Origin: Desulfobacterales bacterium | GTDB taxonomy: Bacteria > Desulfobacterota > Desulfobacteria > Desulfobacterales > UBA5616 | DNA: 64,000 nucleotides | Assembly: GCA_046483495.1 (NCBI GenBank) | Contig: JAWODC010000009.1 | Location: 54,826 to 118,825 of the forward strand | Reading direction: 5' to 3' | Shown: positions 51,478 to 61,630 of the stretch, one piece after another | How the letters are laid out: each line of letters starts with the position of its first letter | Numbering within the stretch: the first letter of the stretch is position 1 | Translations under genes and position numbers: made by a program | The notes under the pieces: model-generated | Database searches by the model: none | The model's input: only the letters and a program-made list of their open reading frames with translations | What the model was told of the DNA's origin: nothing

Positions 51478-52076
51478 GAGATGGCTCCTACCTGTCCGGC
51501 GGCCTTTTTCTGACGTCCTTTCAGAATAGCCAGGCCGTAGTCAAATCCTTTTTCAAAGGCCTTGGTGTTCATTTCTTCCGTGCCTTTTGGAACGGATTCC
51601 ATGATGCTCGAGCGGGCCGCGTCCGTTGAGACAATGCGGGTGATTGCCGTCAGAAAACCGATCATGATGATATTGGCCATCATTGTTCGACCCAGCTCCT
51701 CCGCCATTCGGGTCGCGGGAATCGAGAAAAAATCTTTCTTTTTCCCCTTCGGCCGGACCAGGTCCTGGTCTAATAGCAAAATACCTTCGGGTTTCAGCGA
51801 ATCGACGTACTTCTCATAGGCGGATTGGGACATGCAAACAAGGACGTCCGGCGTTTTGATGTACGGATAGTGAATCGTGCCGGTCGATATTACGACCTGT
51901 GCGCTGCATGCTCCCCCCCTGGATTCAGGGCCGTAAGATTGTACCAGCGTGCTCTCCAAATGGTCCCCAAGAGCGGCCGCCTTGCCGAGAATGCTGCCGG
52001 CAAGTACGATTCCCTGTCCGCCAAAGCCCGTGATAATGACTTCTTTTTTTTCCGATTCTGCGGTCTTGTCGTTCAT
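51474..52076 (-). CDS. 2-oxoacid:ferredoxin oxidoreductase gamma subunit
   Basis: GFGGQG and SYGPESRGG motifs. Confidence 0.92.
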   Translation of the reverse strand: MNDKTAESEKKEVIITGFGGQGIVLAGSILGKAAALGDHLESTLVQSYGPESRGGACSAQVVISTGTIHYPYIKTPDVLVCMSQSAYEKYVDSLKPEGILLLDQDLVRPKGKKKDFFSIPATRMAEELGRTMMANIIMIGFLTAITRIVSTDAARSSIMESVPKGTEEMNTKAFEKGFDYGLAILKGRQKKAAGQVGAIS

Positions 52077-52084
52077 GGCTCCAA

Positions 52085-52951
52085 TCACTTCTTCGAGTTG
52101 GCAGGTGGTCCGGTATCGATTATCCTGCACGTTTTATCATACAGCTCGATACAGGTGGGTTTTTCGATTTCGTAAAAATCCCCGAGGATGATGCCGGCGT
52201 CGAATTCGATGACGGCATCGGCGGGATGGGCGTTGTTCTTGATAATTCCCTTTTCCTGGTATAATTTCAGCGTATCGAAAGACTTTTCTTTGTTTCGCCG
52301 TCCGTAGTTCACCGGGCAGGGCGAGAGCACCTCGATAAAGGAAAAACCCTTGTGTTTGAGAGCCCTTTCGATGGAATTGGTCAAATCCCTGGCATGTAAA
52401 ATGGTCCACCGCGAAATGAACGTGGCGCCGGAAGCATAGGCCAGCAGCGGCAGATTGAAAGGCGCTTCGGGATTTCCCATGGGGGTGGTGGTGGTTTTGG
52501 CATGAAATGGAGTGGTGGCCGCCACCTGCCCCCCGGTCATGCCGTAATTTAAATTGTTGACGCAAATAACGGTGATTTCAATATTTCGCCGGGCTGCATG
52601 AATGAAATGGTTTCCGCCGATGGCAAACAGGTCCCCGTCTCCGGAAAAAACAACGACGGTCAACTCCGGGTTGGCCAATTTCAACCCCGTTGCAAACGGG
52701 ATCGCTCTGCCGTGGGTGGTGTGAAAGGAATCTATATTGACGTATCCAGCCGCACGTCCGGAACAGCCGATTCCTGAAACCATGGTCATTTTTTGAAGAT
52801 CCAACCCGCTGGTCTTCATGGCGACCAGGCATGATGAAAAAACCGTGCCGATCCCGCATCCGGAACACCAGATATGGGGAATGCGGTCGGTTCGCAAAAG
52901 ATTGTCCAACGGGTGTTCGGGCTGCTTGATTTTTTGGGCCGAAACTTCCAT
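52085..52951 (-). CDS. 2-oxoacid:ferredoxin oxidoreductase beta subunit
   Basis: WCSGCG, GIGCS, HGRA, GDGD and YGMTGGQ motifs. Confidence 0.93.
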   Translation of the reverse strand: MEVSAQKIKQPEHPLDNLLRTDRIPHIWCSGCGIGTVFSSCLVAMKTSGLDLQKMTMVSGIGCSGRAAGYVNIDSFHTTHGRAIPFATGLKLANPELTVVVFSGDGDLFAIGGNHFIHAARRNIEITVICVNNLNYGMTGGQVAATTPFHAKTTTTPMGNPEAPFNLPLLAYASGATFISRWTILHARDLTNSIERALKHKGFSFIEVLSPCPVNYGRRNKEKSFDTLKLYQEKGIIKNNAHPADAVIEFDAGIILGDFYEIEKPTCIELYDKTCRIIDTGPPANSKK

Positions 52952-52952
52952 T

Positions 52953-54098
52953 TTACAGGGCCTCCTTAAGTTCATCGATAACACTGTCCGGTGATATAAT
53001 GGTTCCACCCGGATGCCCAACCAGCGTCACCCGGGCTTCTCCGGCGGCGCACCGCTGAACCTCCAGAAAAATCTGACCTAAATTTATTTCCACGGTGACG
53101 ATCTTTTTGACCTGTTTTGCCAGCCGACGGATCTGCGTTTCAGGAAAAGGCCAGACCGTGATCAGCCGCAGCAAACCGGCCTTGATGCCCAGGCGCCGGG
53201 CTTCATCTACAGCGGCGAGGCTTGTTCGGGAGGAGACACCGTAAGAGATGATTGCGATATCGGCATCGTCTAAGCGATAGGATTCGGTTCGAATGATATC
53301 ATCCAAATTGCGATGAATTTTAGCCGTGATCCGCTCCATCATTTCGGCCTGAGCCTCGACCGACATAACGGGATAACCCTTCTCATCGTGGGTCAGCCCG
53401 GTAATGTGCACGTTATAGCCCTGCCCGGCGGCCGGCATGGGAGCTACACCGTTGGGGCCGGGTTCGAAGGGTTTGAACCGGTCTTTCCTGCCTTTGGGGG
53501 TGGGTCTGGACACGCGTTTGATTCGGCTCGCATCGGGAATCGAAACCCGTTCACTCATATGTCCGACGATTTCATCGGTCATGATGAATACCGGAATTCG
53601 GTAGGTTTCGCTGATATTGAACGCGTCGATGGTCTGGTAAAAGATTTCCTGCGGCGAAGCAGGCGCCAGTGCGATGATTTCATAATGGCCGTGAGACCCC
53701 CACCTCGCCTGCATCATGTCGCTTTGGGCGCCATGTGTGGGCAGGCCTGTCGATGGGCCGGCCCGTTGAACGTTTACCACGACGCAGGGTGTCTCCGTTA
53801 TGATTCCCAGGCCGATATTTTCCATCATGAGGCTGAACCCCGGACCCGAAGTGGCCGTCATGCTTTTCACACCTGCCCAAGAGGCGCCGAGAACGGATGC
53901 CATGGCGGCGATTTCGTCTTCCATCTGAATGAACGTGCCGCCGACGTCCGGCAGCCGTGCCGACATGTGTTCGGCGACTTCAGTGGCCGGCGTTATGGGA
54001 TACCCGCCGAAAAAAAGGCAGCCTGCGGCCAGTGCCCCTTCGGCACAGGCCACATCTCCGATTAAAAAATGCTCTCCGGTGAGAACCGCTGGTTTCAT
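52953..54098 (-). CDS. 2-oxoacid:ferredoxin oxidoreductase alpha subunit
   Basis: GYPITP, QMEDE, TSGPG and RAGPSTGLPT motifs. Confidence 0.93.
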   Translation of the reverse strand: MKPAVLTGEHFLIGDVACAEGALAAGCLFFGGYPITPATEVAEHMSARLPDVGGTFIQMEDEIAAMASVLGASWAGVKSMTATSGPGFSLMMENIGLGIITETPCVVVNVQRAGPSTGLPTHGAQSDMMQARWGSHGHYEIIALAPASPQEIFYQTIDAFNISETYRIPVFIMTDEIVGHMSERVSIPDASRIKRVSRPTPKGRKDRFKPFEPGPNGVAPMPAAGQGYNVHITGLTHDEKGYPVMSVEAQAEMMERITAKIHRNLDDIIRTESYRLDDADIAIISYGVSSRTSLAAVDEARRLGIKAGLLRLITVWPFPETQIRRLAKQVKKIVTVEINLGQIFLEVQRCAAGEARVTLVGHPGGTIISPDSVIDELKEAL

Positions 54099-54271
54099 TG
54101 AAGTCCTCTTGTAAAATGGTTAGTGCGTTCATTACGCCGATACATTATCGAGCGCCTTTCCAAATCCGAACACGGAGACATCGGCTGACGGGCATTTTTC
54201 GCCGGTTGGCACCCCGTCTCACGGGTTAATATCCGGAGGAATCGGTATTCCGCCGGACCGAAAAAAGAAGT

Positions 54272-54538
54272 TCATGCGGAAAGGGGGGCCTCAACAGAGT
54301 AAATGGCGAATTCGGGACAGATGATTTCACAGTAGTGGCAATTCACGCATTCATGCGGTTTCACGGCCGTGGGAGGATGATATCCTTTTGAATTGAAATC
54401 TTTCGAGAATTCGAGCACCTGTTTAGGACAGAATTCGATACAGTACCCACATCCTTTGCACCTGTCTTCGATGATGTAAACAATACCTTGTGTTACCTCA
54501 ATATTTTCCGCATCAAGTGGTACCCGCCAAAATTCCAT
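54272..54538 (-). CDS. 2x[4Fe-4S] ferredoxin, oxidoreductase delta subunit
   Basis: CKGCGYCIEFCP, NSKGYHPP and CVNCHYCEIICPEFAI motifs. Confidence 0.9.
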   Translation of the reverse strand: MEFWRVPLDAENIEVTQGIVYIIEDRCKGCGYCIEFCPKQVLEFSKDFNSKGYHPPTAVKPHECVNCHYCEIICPEFAIYSVEAPLSA

Positions 54539-55019
54539 AAGACTTTCCTCGCTACAAATAAAATTAAGCCTTGAAACTGTATCGATATGCAACCCCTATA
54601 ACCGAAAAAAACAAACTGATCAAGCTTTAAAAATATGAAATTGGTCAAATATGGAGATACCCCCATATTTTTAGAGGGGGTATCTCTTGATCAAGGGATT
54701 TGAATTGTTAAAGGCTGTGTAATTTTGACAAAATAAGGTCCGGGATAGAAAGCCGATTTTTTTCAAAATCAGAGAAGATGAGAAGGGGGCTGATGCCAAG
54801 GGGAGGTAATCTGCCTGCTTAATGCCGGCCGGAAATGAGAACATTCGCATCAGGTAAAGACAGCAAAAAAATGCTAATTCCGAAAATAGTTTACGTATGA
54901 GGATTAACGTTTCCGGCCAACGCGGAAATGGCATGAATCAGCCGTTTCCGGCCGGGCACTGAACAGGGGCAAGCAGGATGGAAGGCGATGCTGCTGCTTG
55001 CCCTCTAATGTATTTTTTT

Positions 55020-56018
55020 CTACGTTTCAACTTCGGGCAGGTCCCAGCCGTTTCTGAACCATGTGACCGGACGGTATTCCCGTGCAACCATACCATCCTG
55101 ATTGAACTTGGGGTATCCCAGGACAATCGATGAAATGATGGTCCACGGCGGTTCAAGACCGAGCTTTTTTTTGATGTCGGGATACTGTTCGAGGACGGCG
55201 TAAAATCCTACCCAGCAGGAGCGGATTCCCAGGGAGTTCGCGGCGAGGCACATATTTTGCCCGCAAATCCCGACCTGAATCAAAGGTCCGGCAATCGACC
55301 GCATATCACCGGCAATCATGATCACGGCGGGTGCCCCGAGGGATGGAAGAACCTCCTTTCTGGCAATGGGTCCGAAGCCGCCGATGATCATCCTCGGGTC
55401 GGCCGGCGGTGTGGGGTTTTCCGCGACCATGGGTTCGAACCCCTTGACCGTTTCGTCATCCATATACATAAAATGCATGCCGCCGATAACCTCTGCAATC
55501 GCATTATCGAGTTCATCGATCATCGCCTTGTCGGTGATGACGATAAACTTCCACGGTTGGCAGTTTCCCGAACTCGGGGCGAACCGGCCGGCTTCGATCA
55601 CCCGCCGAATCAGCGTGTCCGGGACCGGTTTGTCTTTGTAGTTGCGCACGCTTCGCCTTTCGAGAATGGCTTTTTCCACGGCTGTGTAGTCGGTGGGATC
55701 TCCCGCCTCGTCCATCGGCGGCATTGGGGGTTTGGCCGGCAGCGGATGGGGAAGGGTTTTCCAGAATCCCCCGTCCACATGATACGGCTCCTCGATATAA
55801 ACGGCCCCCTCCGGACAGGCAACCATGCAATTGTAGCAGCTCAGGCAGCTGTACCCTTGCCTTAAACGCGGGATGTCGTTCTCCCCCATTTCCCAGGCGC
55901 GGGTGACGCAGTTAAGAACGCACAGGCCGCAACCCTTGCATTTTTCCTCATTTACGGCCATTTTTCCCATATGCACGTTTTGGGGCCGCAGTATGTCTTT
56001 TATTTCTTCCCATGCCAT
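55020..56018 (-). CDS. Ferredoxin-fused nitroreductase family protein
   Basis: Two CxxCxxCxxxC motifs, RRSVRNY, APSSGNCQPW and LGYP. Confidence 0.88.
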   Translation of the reverse strand: MAWEEIKDILRPQNVHMGKMAVNEEKCKGCGLCVLNCVTRAWEMGENDIPRLRQGYSCLSCYNCMVACPEGAVYIEEPYHVDGGFWKTLPHPLPAKPPMPPMDEAGDPTDYTAVEKAILERRSVRNYKDKPVPDTLIRRVIEAGRFAPSSGNCQPWKFIVITDKAMIDELDNAIAEVIGGMHFMYMDDETVKGFEPMVAENPTPPADPRMIIGGFGPIARKEVLPSLGAPAVIMIAGDMRSIAGPLIQVGICGQNMCLAANSLGIRSCWVGFYAVLEQYPDIKKKLGLEPPWTIISSIVLGYPKFNQDGMVAREYRPVTWFRNGWDLPEVET

Positions 56019-56061
56019 ATTCTATTACCTCCTTTTATATATCCCGCCGCGTCCGTCGCGC

Positions 56062-57306
56062 TCATTTTTTCAATATAATGATCGACAAAGCCGCCTCGGA
56101 ATTGCCGATAGTACCCCCGCCATTCTGAGCAAGCCCGACCCTGGCGCCCGGGACCTGGCGCTCTCCGGCCCGGCCGGTAAGATGAAGGTACAATTCCGCC
56201 ACCTGGCGAGCTCCCGTGGCACCGACCGGGTGCCCCTGGCATTCAAGGCCGCCGGATACATTCACGGGAATTTTCCCGCCCAGGCGGGTATTGCCGGCCT
56301 CGGCAAAGGGACCGCCTTCGCCCTTGGGGCAGAACATCAGAGCTTCGGTATTGCTGAGTTCTCCAAATGCCGTTGCATCGTGGACCTCCGCCAGGCTGAT
56401 ATCCTCGGGAGCTATCCCGGCTCGGCCATAGGCTTTTTTTGCCAGGCGCGTCATGGGCGCCTCATCTCCTTCAGCCGTGGTTTCACCGCTGGCGATAACA
56501 GTGGCGGCGATGTCCACGGCATTTGAGGCACCGATCTGTCGGGCGTACTCATCAGAGCAGATAACCAAAGCCGCGGCCCCGTCTCCGATGGGTGCGCACA
56601 TGGCCCGCGTCAAGGGAAAAGCAACCTCCACATCATTCATCACCTCTTCAATGGACCATTTTTTCTGATACTGGGCCAATGGGTTCATGGATGAGTGAAA
56701 ATGATTCTTCGACGAAACGGCCGCAAGCTGGCGCTGGGTGGTGCCGTACTTTTCCATGTGGTTTCGGGCCGCCATGGCATAAACATCCATGAATATGCTG
56801 CGGCCCCCGGTCTTTTGTTTTTCGGCTTCTCCCCTGGCCTGCCGTTGAGAGGCGATTTTCTGCTCCATTTCCTTTGCGGATTGAACGAATTCGGCCAGTA
56901 TTTCGACGTCCATTCCGGCTGCAAATACCTGCAGGGATTTGCTTTTGTCTTCATAGTACATTTTTTCCATGCCCAGAACGAGGGCGACATCGATTTCACC
57001 CAGAGACACCCGGGCCCAGGCCTCATTGAACGCCGCCGCCGAAGACGCGCAGGCGTTTTCGATGTTGAACACCGGGATGCCCCTGATCCCGAGCGGATGC
57101 AGCACCACCTGACCGCGTATCATTTCCTGTCCGTCGAGCAGGCCCTGTGCTGCATTACCCACCCAGGCCCCCCCGAGCCGGTCTTTGTCGATATCCGCAT
57201 CCTTCAGGGCGGCCGTAACAGCTTCGGCGGCCAGTGATTTGATGCTGCGATCCAGGTGTTTGCCGAACTTGGTTATGGCCCCGCCGATTATTTTCACATT
57301 CCTCAT
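56062..57306 (-). CDS. SCP-x/SCP2-type thiolase
   Basis: ENACAS, EVHDA, SGGL..GHPVGATG and QNGGG motifs. Confidence 0.88.
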   Translation of the reverse strand: MRNVKIIGGAITKFGKHLDRSIKSLAAEAVTAALKDADIDKDRLGGAWVGNAAQGLLDGQEMIRGQVVLHPLGIRGIPVFNIENACASSAAAFNEAWARVSLGEIDVALVLGMEKMYYEDKSKSLQVFAAGMDVEILAEFVQSAKEMEQKIASQRQARGEAEKQKTGGRSIFMDVYAMAARNHMEKYGTTQRQLAAVSSKNHFHSSMNPLAQYQKKWSIEEVMNDVEVAFPLTRAMCAPIGDGAAALVICSDEYARQIGASNAVDIAATVIASGETTAEGDEAPMTRLAKKAYGRAGIAPEDISLAEVHDATAFGELSNTEALMFCPKGEGGPFAEAGNTRLGGKIPVNVSGGLECQGHPVGATGARQVAELYLHLTGRAGERQVPGARVGLAQNGGGTIGNSEAALSIIILKK

Positions 57307-57438
57307 GTCGATTTTCCTTTCTGCCGTTTATCACTTCTTTACGAACCATCATGCATAGCGCCCGCAGTCCGAACACCGCAGCCGGGAGTCTGCAGGAAAG
57401 GGCCCTGGGCGAAAGACGCTAAAGGCCGCCCGCTTCTA

Positions 57439-58689
57439 TTACAGATGAGCCGCTCCCACCAGTGACAGGACATTGTTTTCACCGTCTTCGATCATGCTCG
57501 CACGGGCATCCCGGAAGATTTTTTCAATCGGATACTCTTTGGACAGTCCGTTCCCGCCGAATATCTGCAGCGCCTCGGAAGCGACCTTGAAGGCGGTTTC
57601 GGTGGCGTACACCTTCAGTGCCATCCCATGCGCACCGGATGGAAAAAGGCCGTTGAGCGGATCGTTGTTGGCCATATTGAAAAGCGCGACCCGGCGGCTC
57701 AATGCCCGTGAGGTTTCCACCCGTTTGAACATCTCGAACAGCCGCAGCCGAACGCTCTGGTGATCGAAAATGGGCGTGCCGCCCTGTTTTCTGTTTTTGG
57801 CGTAGTTAAGGGCTTCATCGAATGCCGCCTGGGCGACGCCGGTAAAGAGAATACCCATCCCCGTGTTGGCGCCGATGAGCGTCAGGTCTTTCATCATCGT
57901 TCCCAGGGCGGCATCCGGCACAACCATGTACTTTGCAGGAAGCCGGACCTCGTCGAAGAAAATTTCACCCTGGTTCAAAGGGCGCTGTCCGATTTTGTTC
58001 AGGGGCTTGCCCCTGGTAATGCCGGGGAGGTCCAGCGGAATAATGGCCAACCCATCTCCCCGCATACCCCGTGCCGGATCCAGATTCAGGTGAACGACTC
58101 CATGCGTGGCAATGGATCCGTTGCTGACCCATGCGGCTTTCTGGCCGTTTATGATGTATTCATCGCCTTTCTTGACGGCACGGACGGTGGCCACCCCGAC
58201 TTTTGCAGGATCATCGAAGCCCGGATGGGCCGTCAGTATCCAATCGGATCCGTGGTCCGGTTCCATCATGCACCAACACCCGATGAGTTCACCGGTCTTA
58301 TCGCTGCAATAGGCGGCGGCCAGATCCCGAAGTTCGGGGTCCTCCGACTTGGCGGCTATGCTGAACGGCATGGCCGAAACGCCCAGACTGATCGCCAGGC
58401 CCACATCCCCATAGGCCAACTCTTCATTGATCAGAATGCTTGCCATGGGGTCCATGTCGCCGACGCCGCCAAGCTCTTCGGGAAACCCTCCCAGGTGAAG
58501 ATCCATGTCGCGGTATGTTTTAATGGTATCCCAAAGAATCGATCCCGATGCAATGACGTCTTCCGGGGTTTGGAGCCGATCGAGTGCAATGCCGGCCGGC
58601 CTGAGAACGTCCATTGCAAACCGTTTTGCCTCCTTCTGCATCGCAAGCGCTTCCTTGGTGATGGTCATATCCAATTCTCTAACTGCCAT
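57439..58689 (-). CDS. Acyl-CoA dehydrogenase family protein
   Basis: EPDHGSD, INGQKAAWVSNG, RKQGG and QIFGGNG...RDAR motifs. Confidence 0.9.
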   Translation of the reverse strand: MAVRELDMTITKEALAMQKEAKRFAMDVLRPAGIALDRLQTPEDVIASGSILWDTIKTYRDMDLHLGGFPEELGGVGDMDPMASILINEELAYGDVGLAISLGVSAMPFSIAAKSEDPELRDLAAAYCSDKTGELIGCWCMMEPDHGSDWILTAHPGFDDPAKVGVATVRAVKKGDEYIINGQKAAWVSNGSIATHGVVHLNLDPARGMRGDGLAIIPLDLPGITRGKPLNKIGQRPLNQGEIFFDEVRLPAKYMVVPDAALGTMMKDLTLIGANTGMGILFTGVAQAAFDEALNYAKNRKQGGTPIFDHQSVRLRLFEMFKRVETSRALSRRVALFNMANNDPLNGLFPSGAHGMALKVYATETAFKVASEALQIFGGNGLSKEYPIEKIFRDARASMIEDGENNVLSLVGAAHL

Positions 58690-58755
58690 AGTCGATCTCC
58701 TTTATACTTACGGGTTGGATGGTGGTGTCGAGGCGGTGTTTGAAGGCGGACCGGT

Positions 58756-60336
58756 TTACTTCTCCGGTTTGAAATCCGGCATTTCCTTTTCCCGGTCCCA
58801 TGTAAGCTCCGTCACCCCGCGGCTTTTCAGTTCGTTTTTTTTGAACCGCAGGGTTTCGGTTTTCGGTATTTCTTCTACAACATCCACAAACCTGGGAACC
58901 ATGAAATAGGCCATGTTATCCGCGCAGTATCGGATAAGATCCCTCACATCGAGTCGGCTGTCCGCTTTGGGCCTGACCCAAATCATGACGTCGTCTTCAC
59001 CCAGATCCGATGGAACACCGAATGCCGCACATTCGGCAACGGCCGGATGTTTCTCGATAAGGCTCTCCACTTCGAAGGAAGAAATGTTTTCCCCCCTCCG
59101 TCGCATCGAGTCGGTTTTCCGGTCGACGAAATACAGGTTGCCCTCGGCATCTTTCGTGAACAGGTCGCCGGAATAGACCAGCCCGTTGCGGACTTTTTTG
59201 CGGGTGGCTTCAGGGTTTTTAAAATACTCCACGCTTGTCGTGTGATCCTTTACCTTATGGACGAGTTCGCCGACGGCGCCTGTCGGGACCTCCCTGCCGT
59301 TATCGTCCACCAGCATCCATTCGATATCGCCGATGGGCTTGCCAATGGAGCCCACGGGTGCGTTTCCAAGGTTTAAAGAATTGATGCCGCCGCCGTCCAC
59401 GGCCCCGTAAATTTCCCAGATCGTCACATTGAAGCGCTTTTCGAACGCCTCCCAGATGTTTTTGGGGCACCCGCCGGAAAGGACCATGCGAACGGGATTA
59501 TCCCCATCATCGGGTTTTTCGGGCTGCTTCATTAAAATTTGCAGCACGGCGCCCAGGGCATTGAATTGGGTGGCCTTGTAACGCCGGACGGAATCCCAGA
59601 ATCCGGAAGCGGAAAAGCGTTTGTCCAGGGCGAAGGACGCGCCCCGGCCCATGGCGAATCCAACGGTAAGCAGCAGGGCGTTCCCGTGGAAAAGGGGCAG
59701 GCCGGTATAGAGGATATCGTCCTCCTTGAGAAGCAGGTTGGTAAACATCATGGTGGCCTGGGGATTTTGCGCCCCTACGCGGTTCACCACGCCTTTGGGA
59801 AATCCTGTCGTCCCGGACGTGTACATCAAGTAGGCGATCGCATTCGGGTCCGGCGTATGGTCCGGCTTGTCGGGCGGTGCATCCAGCATTTCGGAAAGAT
59901 CGACCGTTTCCGCGGGCAAGGGGTGATCGGTGGTCTTTCGGACAAATATTTTTTCGATATTTCCGATGGGCTTCTCGAGTTCGGCGACTTTATGATACAG
60001 CACGTCGTCTACGGCCAGAAAACGTACATCCGAATTCGTAAGAATGTACCGCAGCCCCTCTTTTTTTAAGGCGGTGTTTACCGGAACAGTGTAGAAGCCT
60101 CCACGGGGAAGTCCGTTGAACAGGTAAAGATACTCGGGGCAATTGCCCATCAAAACAGCCAGGCCGTCTCTGGGATTTCCACCCCGTCGGGCCAGCCCGT
60201 TGGCGGCCCGGCATGTCGCTTTATTGTAATCGGCGTAACTGACGACAAGATCTTCATGGTACATGTACGGCTTTTCACCAAGCGTGGCGCCGCGAAATTC
60301 GATAAGATCGTAAAGCGTGTTCAGCTCCGGATTCAT
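58756..60336 (-). CDS. AMP-dependent acyl-CoA ligase (CaiC-like)
   Basis: YTSGTTGFPKG, LPLFH, SGDL, DRK..MRRRGENISS.EVE and PKT motifs. Confidence 0.88.
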   Translation of the reverse strand: MNPELNTLYDLIEFRGATLGEKPYMYHEDLVVSYADYNKATCRAANGLARRGGNPRDGLAVLMGNCPEYLYLFNGLPRGGFYTVPVNTALKKEGLRYILTNSDVRFLAVDDVLYHKVAELEKPIGNIEKIFVRKTTDHPLPAETVDLSEMLDAPPDKPDHTPDPNAIAYLMYTSGTTGFPKGVVNRVGAQNPQATMMFTNLLLKEDDILYTGLPLFHGNALLLTVGFAMGRGASFALDKRFSASGFWDSVRRYKATQFNALGAVLQILMKQPEKPDDGDNPVRMVLSGGCPKNIWEAFEKRFNVTIWEIYGAVDGGGINSLNLGNAPVGSIGKPIGDIEWMLVDDNGREVPTGAVGELVHKVKDHTTSVEYFKNPEATRKKVRNGLVYSGDLFTKDAEGNLYFVDRKTDSMRRRGENISSFEVESLIEKHPAVAECAAFGVPSDLGEDDVMIWVRPKADSRLDVRDLIRYCADNMAYFMVPRFVDVVEEIPKTETLRFKKNELKSRGVTELTWDREKEMPDFKPEK

Positions 60337-60587
60337 AGAAACTCCTTCCAGAATGGATAAAAAAGATATCAATCGATGAGAAGAAATAAATGAAGTAAAT
60401 AATTTTCTTTTAATATATGAACCTCAGTTCGATTAAAATTTCAAGAGAAAAATGGTTATAAAATGATTTCCGCCGGTGCGGCGCCGTAAAACGCCCGGAA
60501 CCGGAACCGTTCCATTTATCTTGAAATGGTAACTGTTTAGGGATATGGTTGAAAGCATTCAAAGATATGAAACCAGGAAGGGGACTG

Positions 60588-61535
60588 ATGGAACCATCAT
60601 TTGCTGAAAATTTTTCATCCACGGATCGAATCAGAATCGGATTTGAAAAAAACGGGTACGTTTGCAATCGACAAATCGCCACCACCATGTACCTGGCGCA
60701 CCACCTCGGAAAACCTATTCTGATCGAGGGCCCTGCCGGGGTCGGTAAGACCGAATTGGCCAAAGTAATGGCCGCTTACCTGAGCCTGCCCTTGATCCGC
60801 CTGCAGTGCTACGAGGGATTGGATGAGTCCAAGGCGCTGTATGAGTGGAAATACGGAAAACAGCTGCTGTACACTCAGATTCTGAAAGACAAACTGAATG
60901 ATATCCTCCAGGGTGCAGAAGGACTTATGGAATCCATGGAGCGGCTGCACCAGTACGACGATATCTTCTATTCAACCCATTTTCTAGAACCGCGGCCGCT
61001 TTTGACGGCCCTGCGTCAGCCGGCCGGTTCGGTGCTCTTGGTGGATGAAATCGACAAATCGGACCAGGAGTTCGAAGCCTTCCTTCTTGAAATTCTTTCA
61101 GACTTTCAGGTCAGCGTACCCGAGATCGGAACGGTCAGCGCACTTTCCAGGCCCTACGTATTTTTGACAAGCAACAATACCCGCGAGATGAGCGAGGCCA
61201 TCAAGAGAAGATGCCTGCACCTTTTTATTCCGTTTCCTGAAGGCCGGCTGGAGAGGCGGATTATTCAGGTTAAAGTGCCCGGAATTTCCGAAAGCCTGAG
61301 AAATCAGCTTGTGGGCTTTATTCAGGCGGTAAGAAAACTTGACTTGAAAAAAGTTCCCTCAGTCAGCGAGAGCATCGATTGGGCCAAGGTTCTCGTGCTT
61401 CTCCATTCGACCCGTCTCGAACCCGGGATGGTCAGGGACACGCTGAACGTTTTGATCAAATTCGAAGAAGATATGGATGTGGTGCGTGAACATTTATCGG
61501 ATCTGATGTCCAAGGCGGCAAAGGCGGACATATGA
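60588..61535 (+). CDS. MoxR-family AAA+ ATPase (CoxD-like)
   Basis: GPAGVGKT, LQCYEGLD, VDEIDK and TSN.TREMSEAIKRRC motifs. Confidence 0.9.
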   Translation: MEPSFAENFSSTDRIRIGFEKNGYVCNRQIATTMYLAHHLGKPILIEGPAGVGKTELAKVMAAYLSLPLIRLQCYEGLDESKALYEWKYGKQLLYTQILKDKLNDILQGAEGLMESMERLHQYDDIFYSTHFLEPRPLLTALRQPAGSVLLVDEIDKSDQEFEAFLLEILSDFQVSVPEIGTVSALSRPYVFLTSNNTREMSEAIKRRCLHLFIPFPEGRLERRIIQVKVPGISESLRNQLVGFIQAVRKLDLKKVPSVSESIDWAKVLVLLHSTRLEPGMVRDTLNVLIKFEEDMDVVREHLSDLMSKAAKADI

Positions 61536-61630
61536 GTTGCAAGCTGTATCACATTCGGTATTTCGGTTCGAGGTCGAGGCAACACCGCATGGTTAGCCGG
61601 CGGATGATATAGCTTGCAGCAGGAGGCGCA

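Noticed and set aside
54654..54686. GAGATACCCCC/GGGGGTATCTC dyad as a CsoR-type operator
   Set aside because: The spacer is too long and no metal-resistance genes are nearby; more likely an RNA hairpin
54671..54934. 87-aa ORF between the nitroreductase and ferredoxin genes
   Set aside because: No motifs or clear RBS; AT-rich intergenic character
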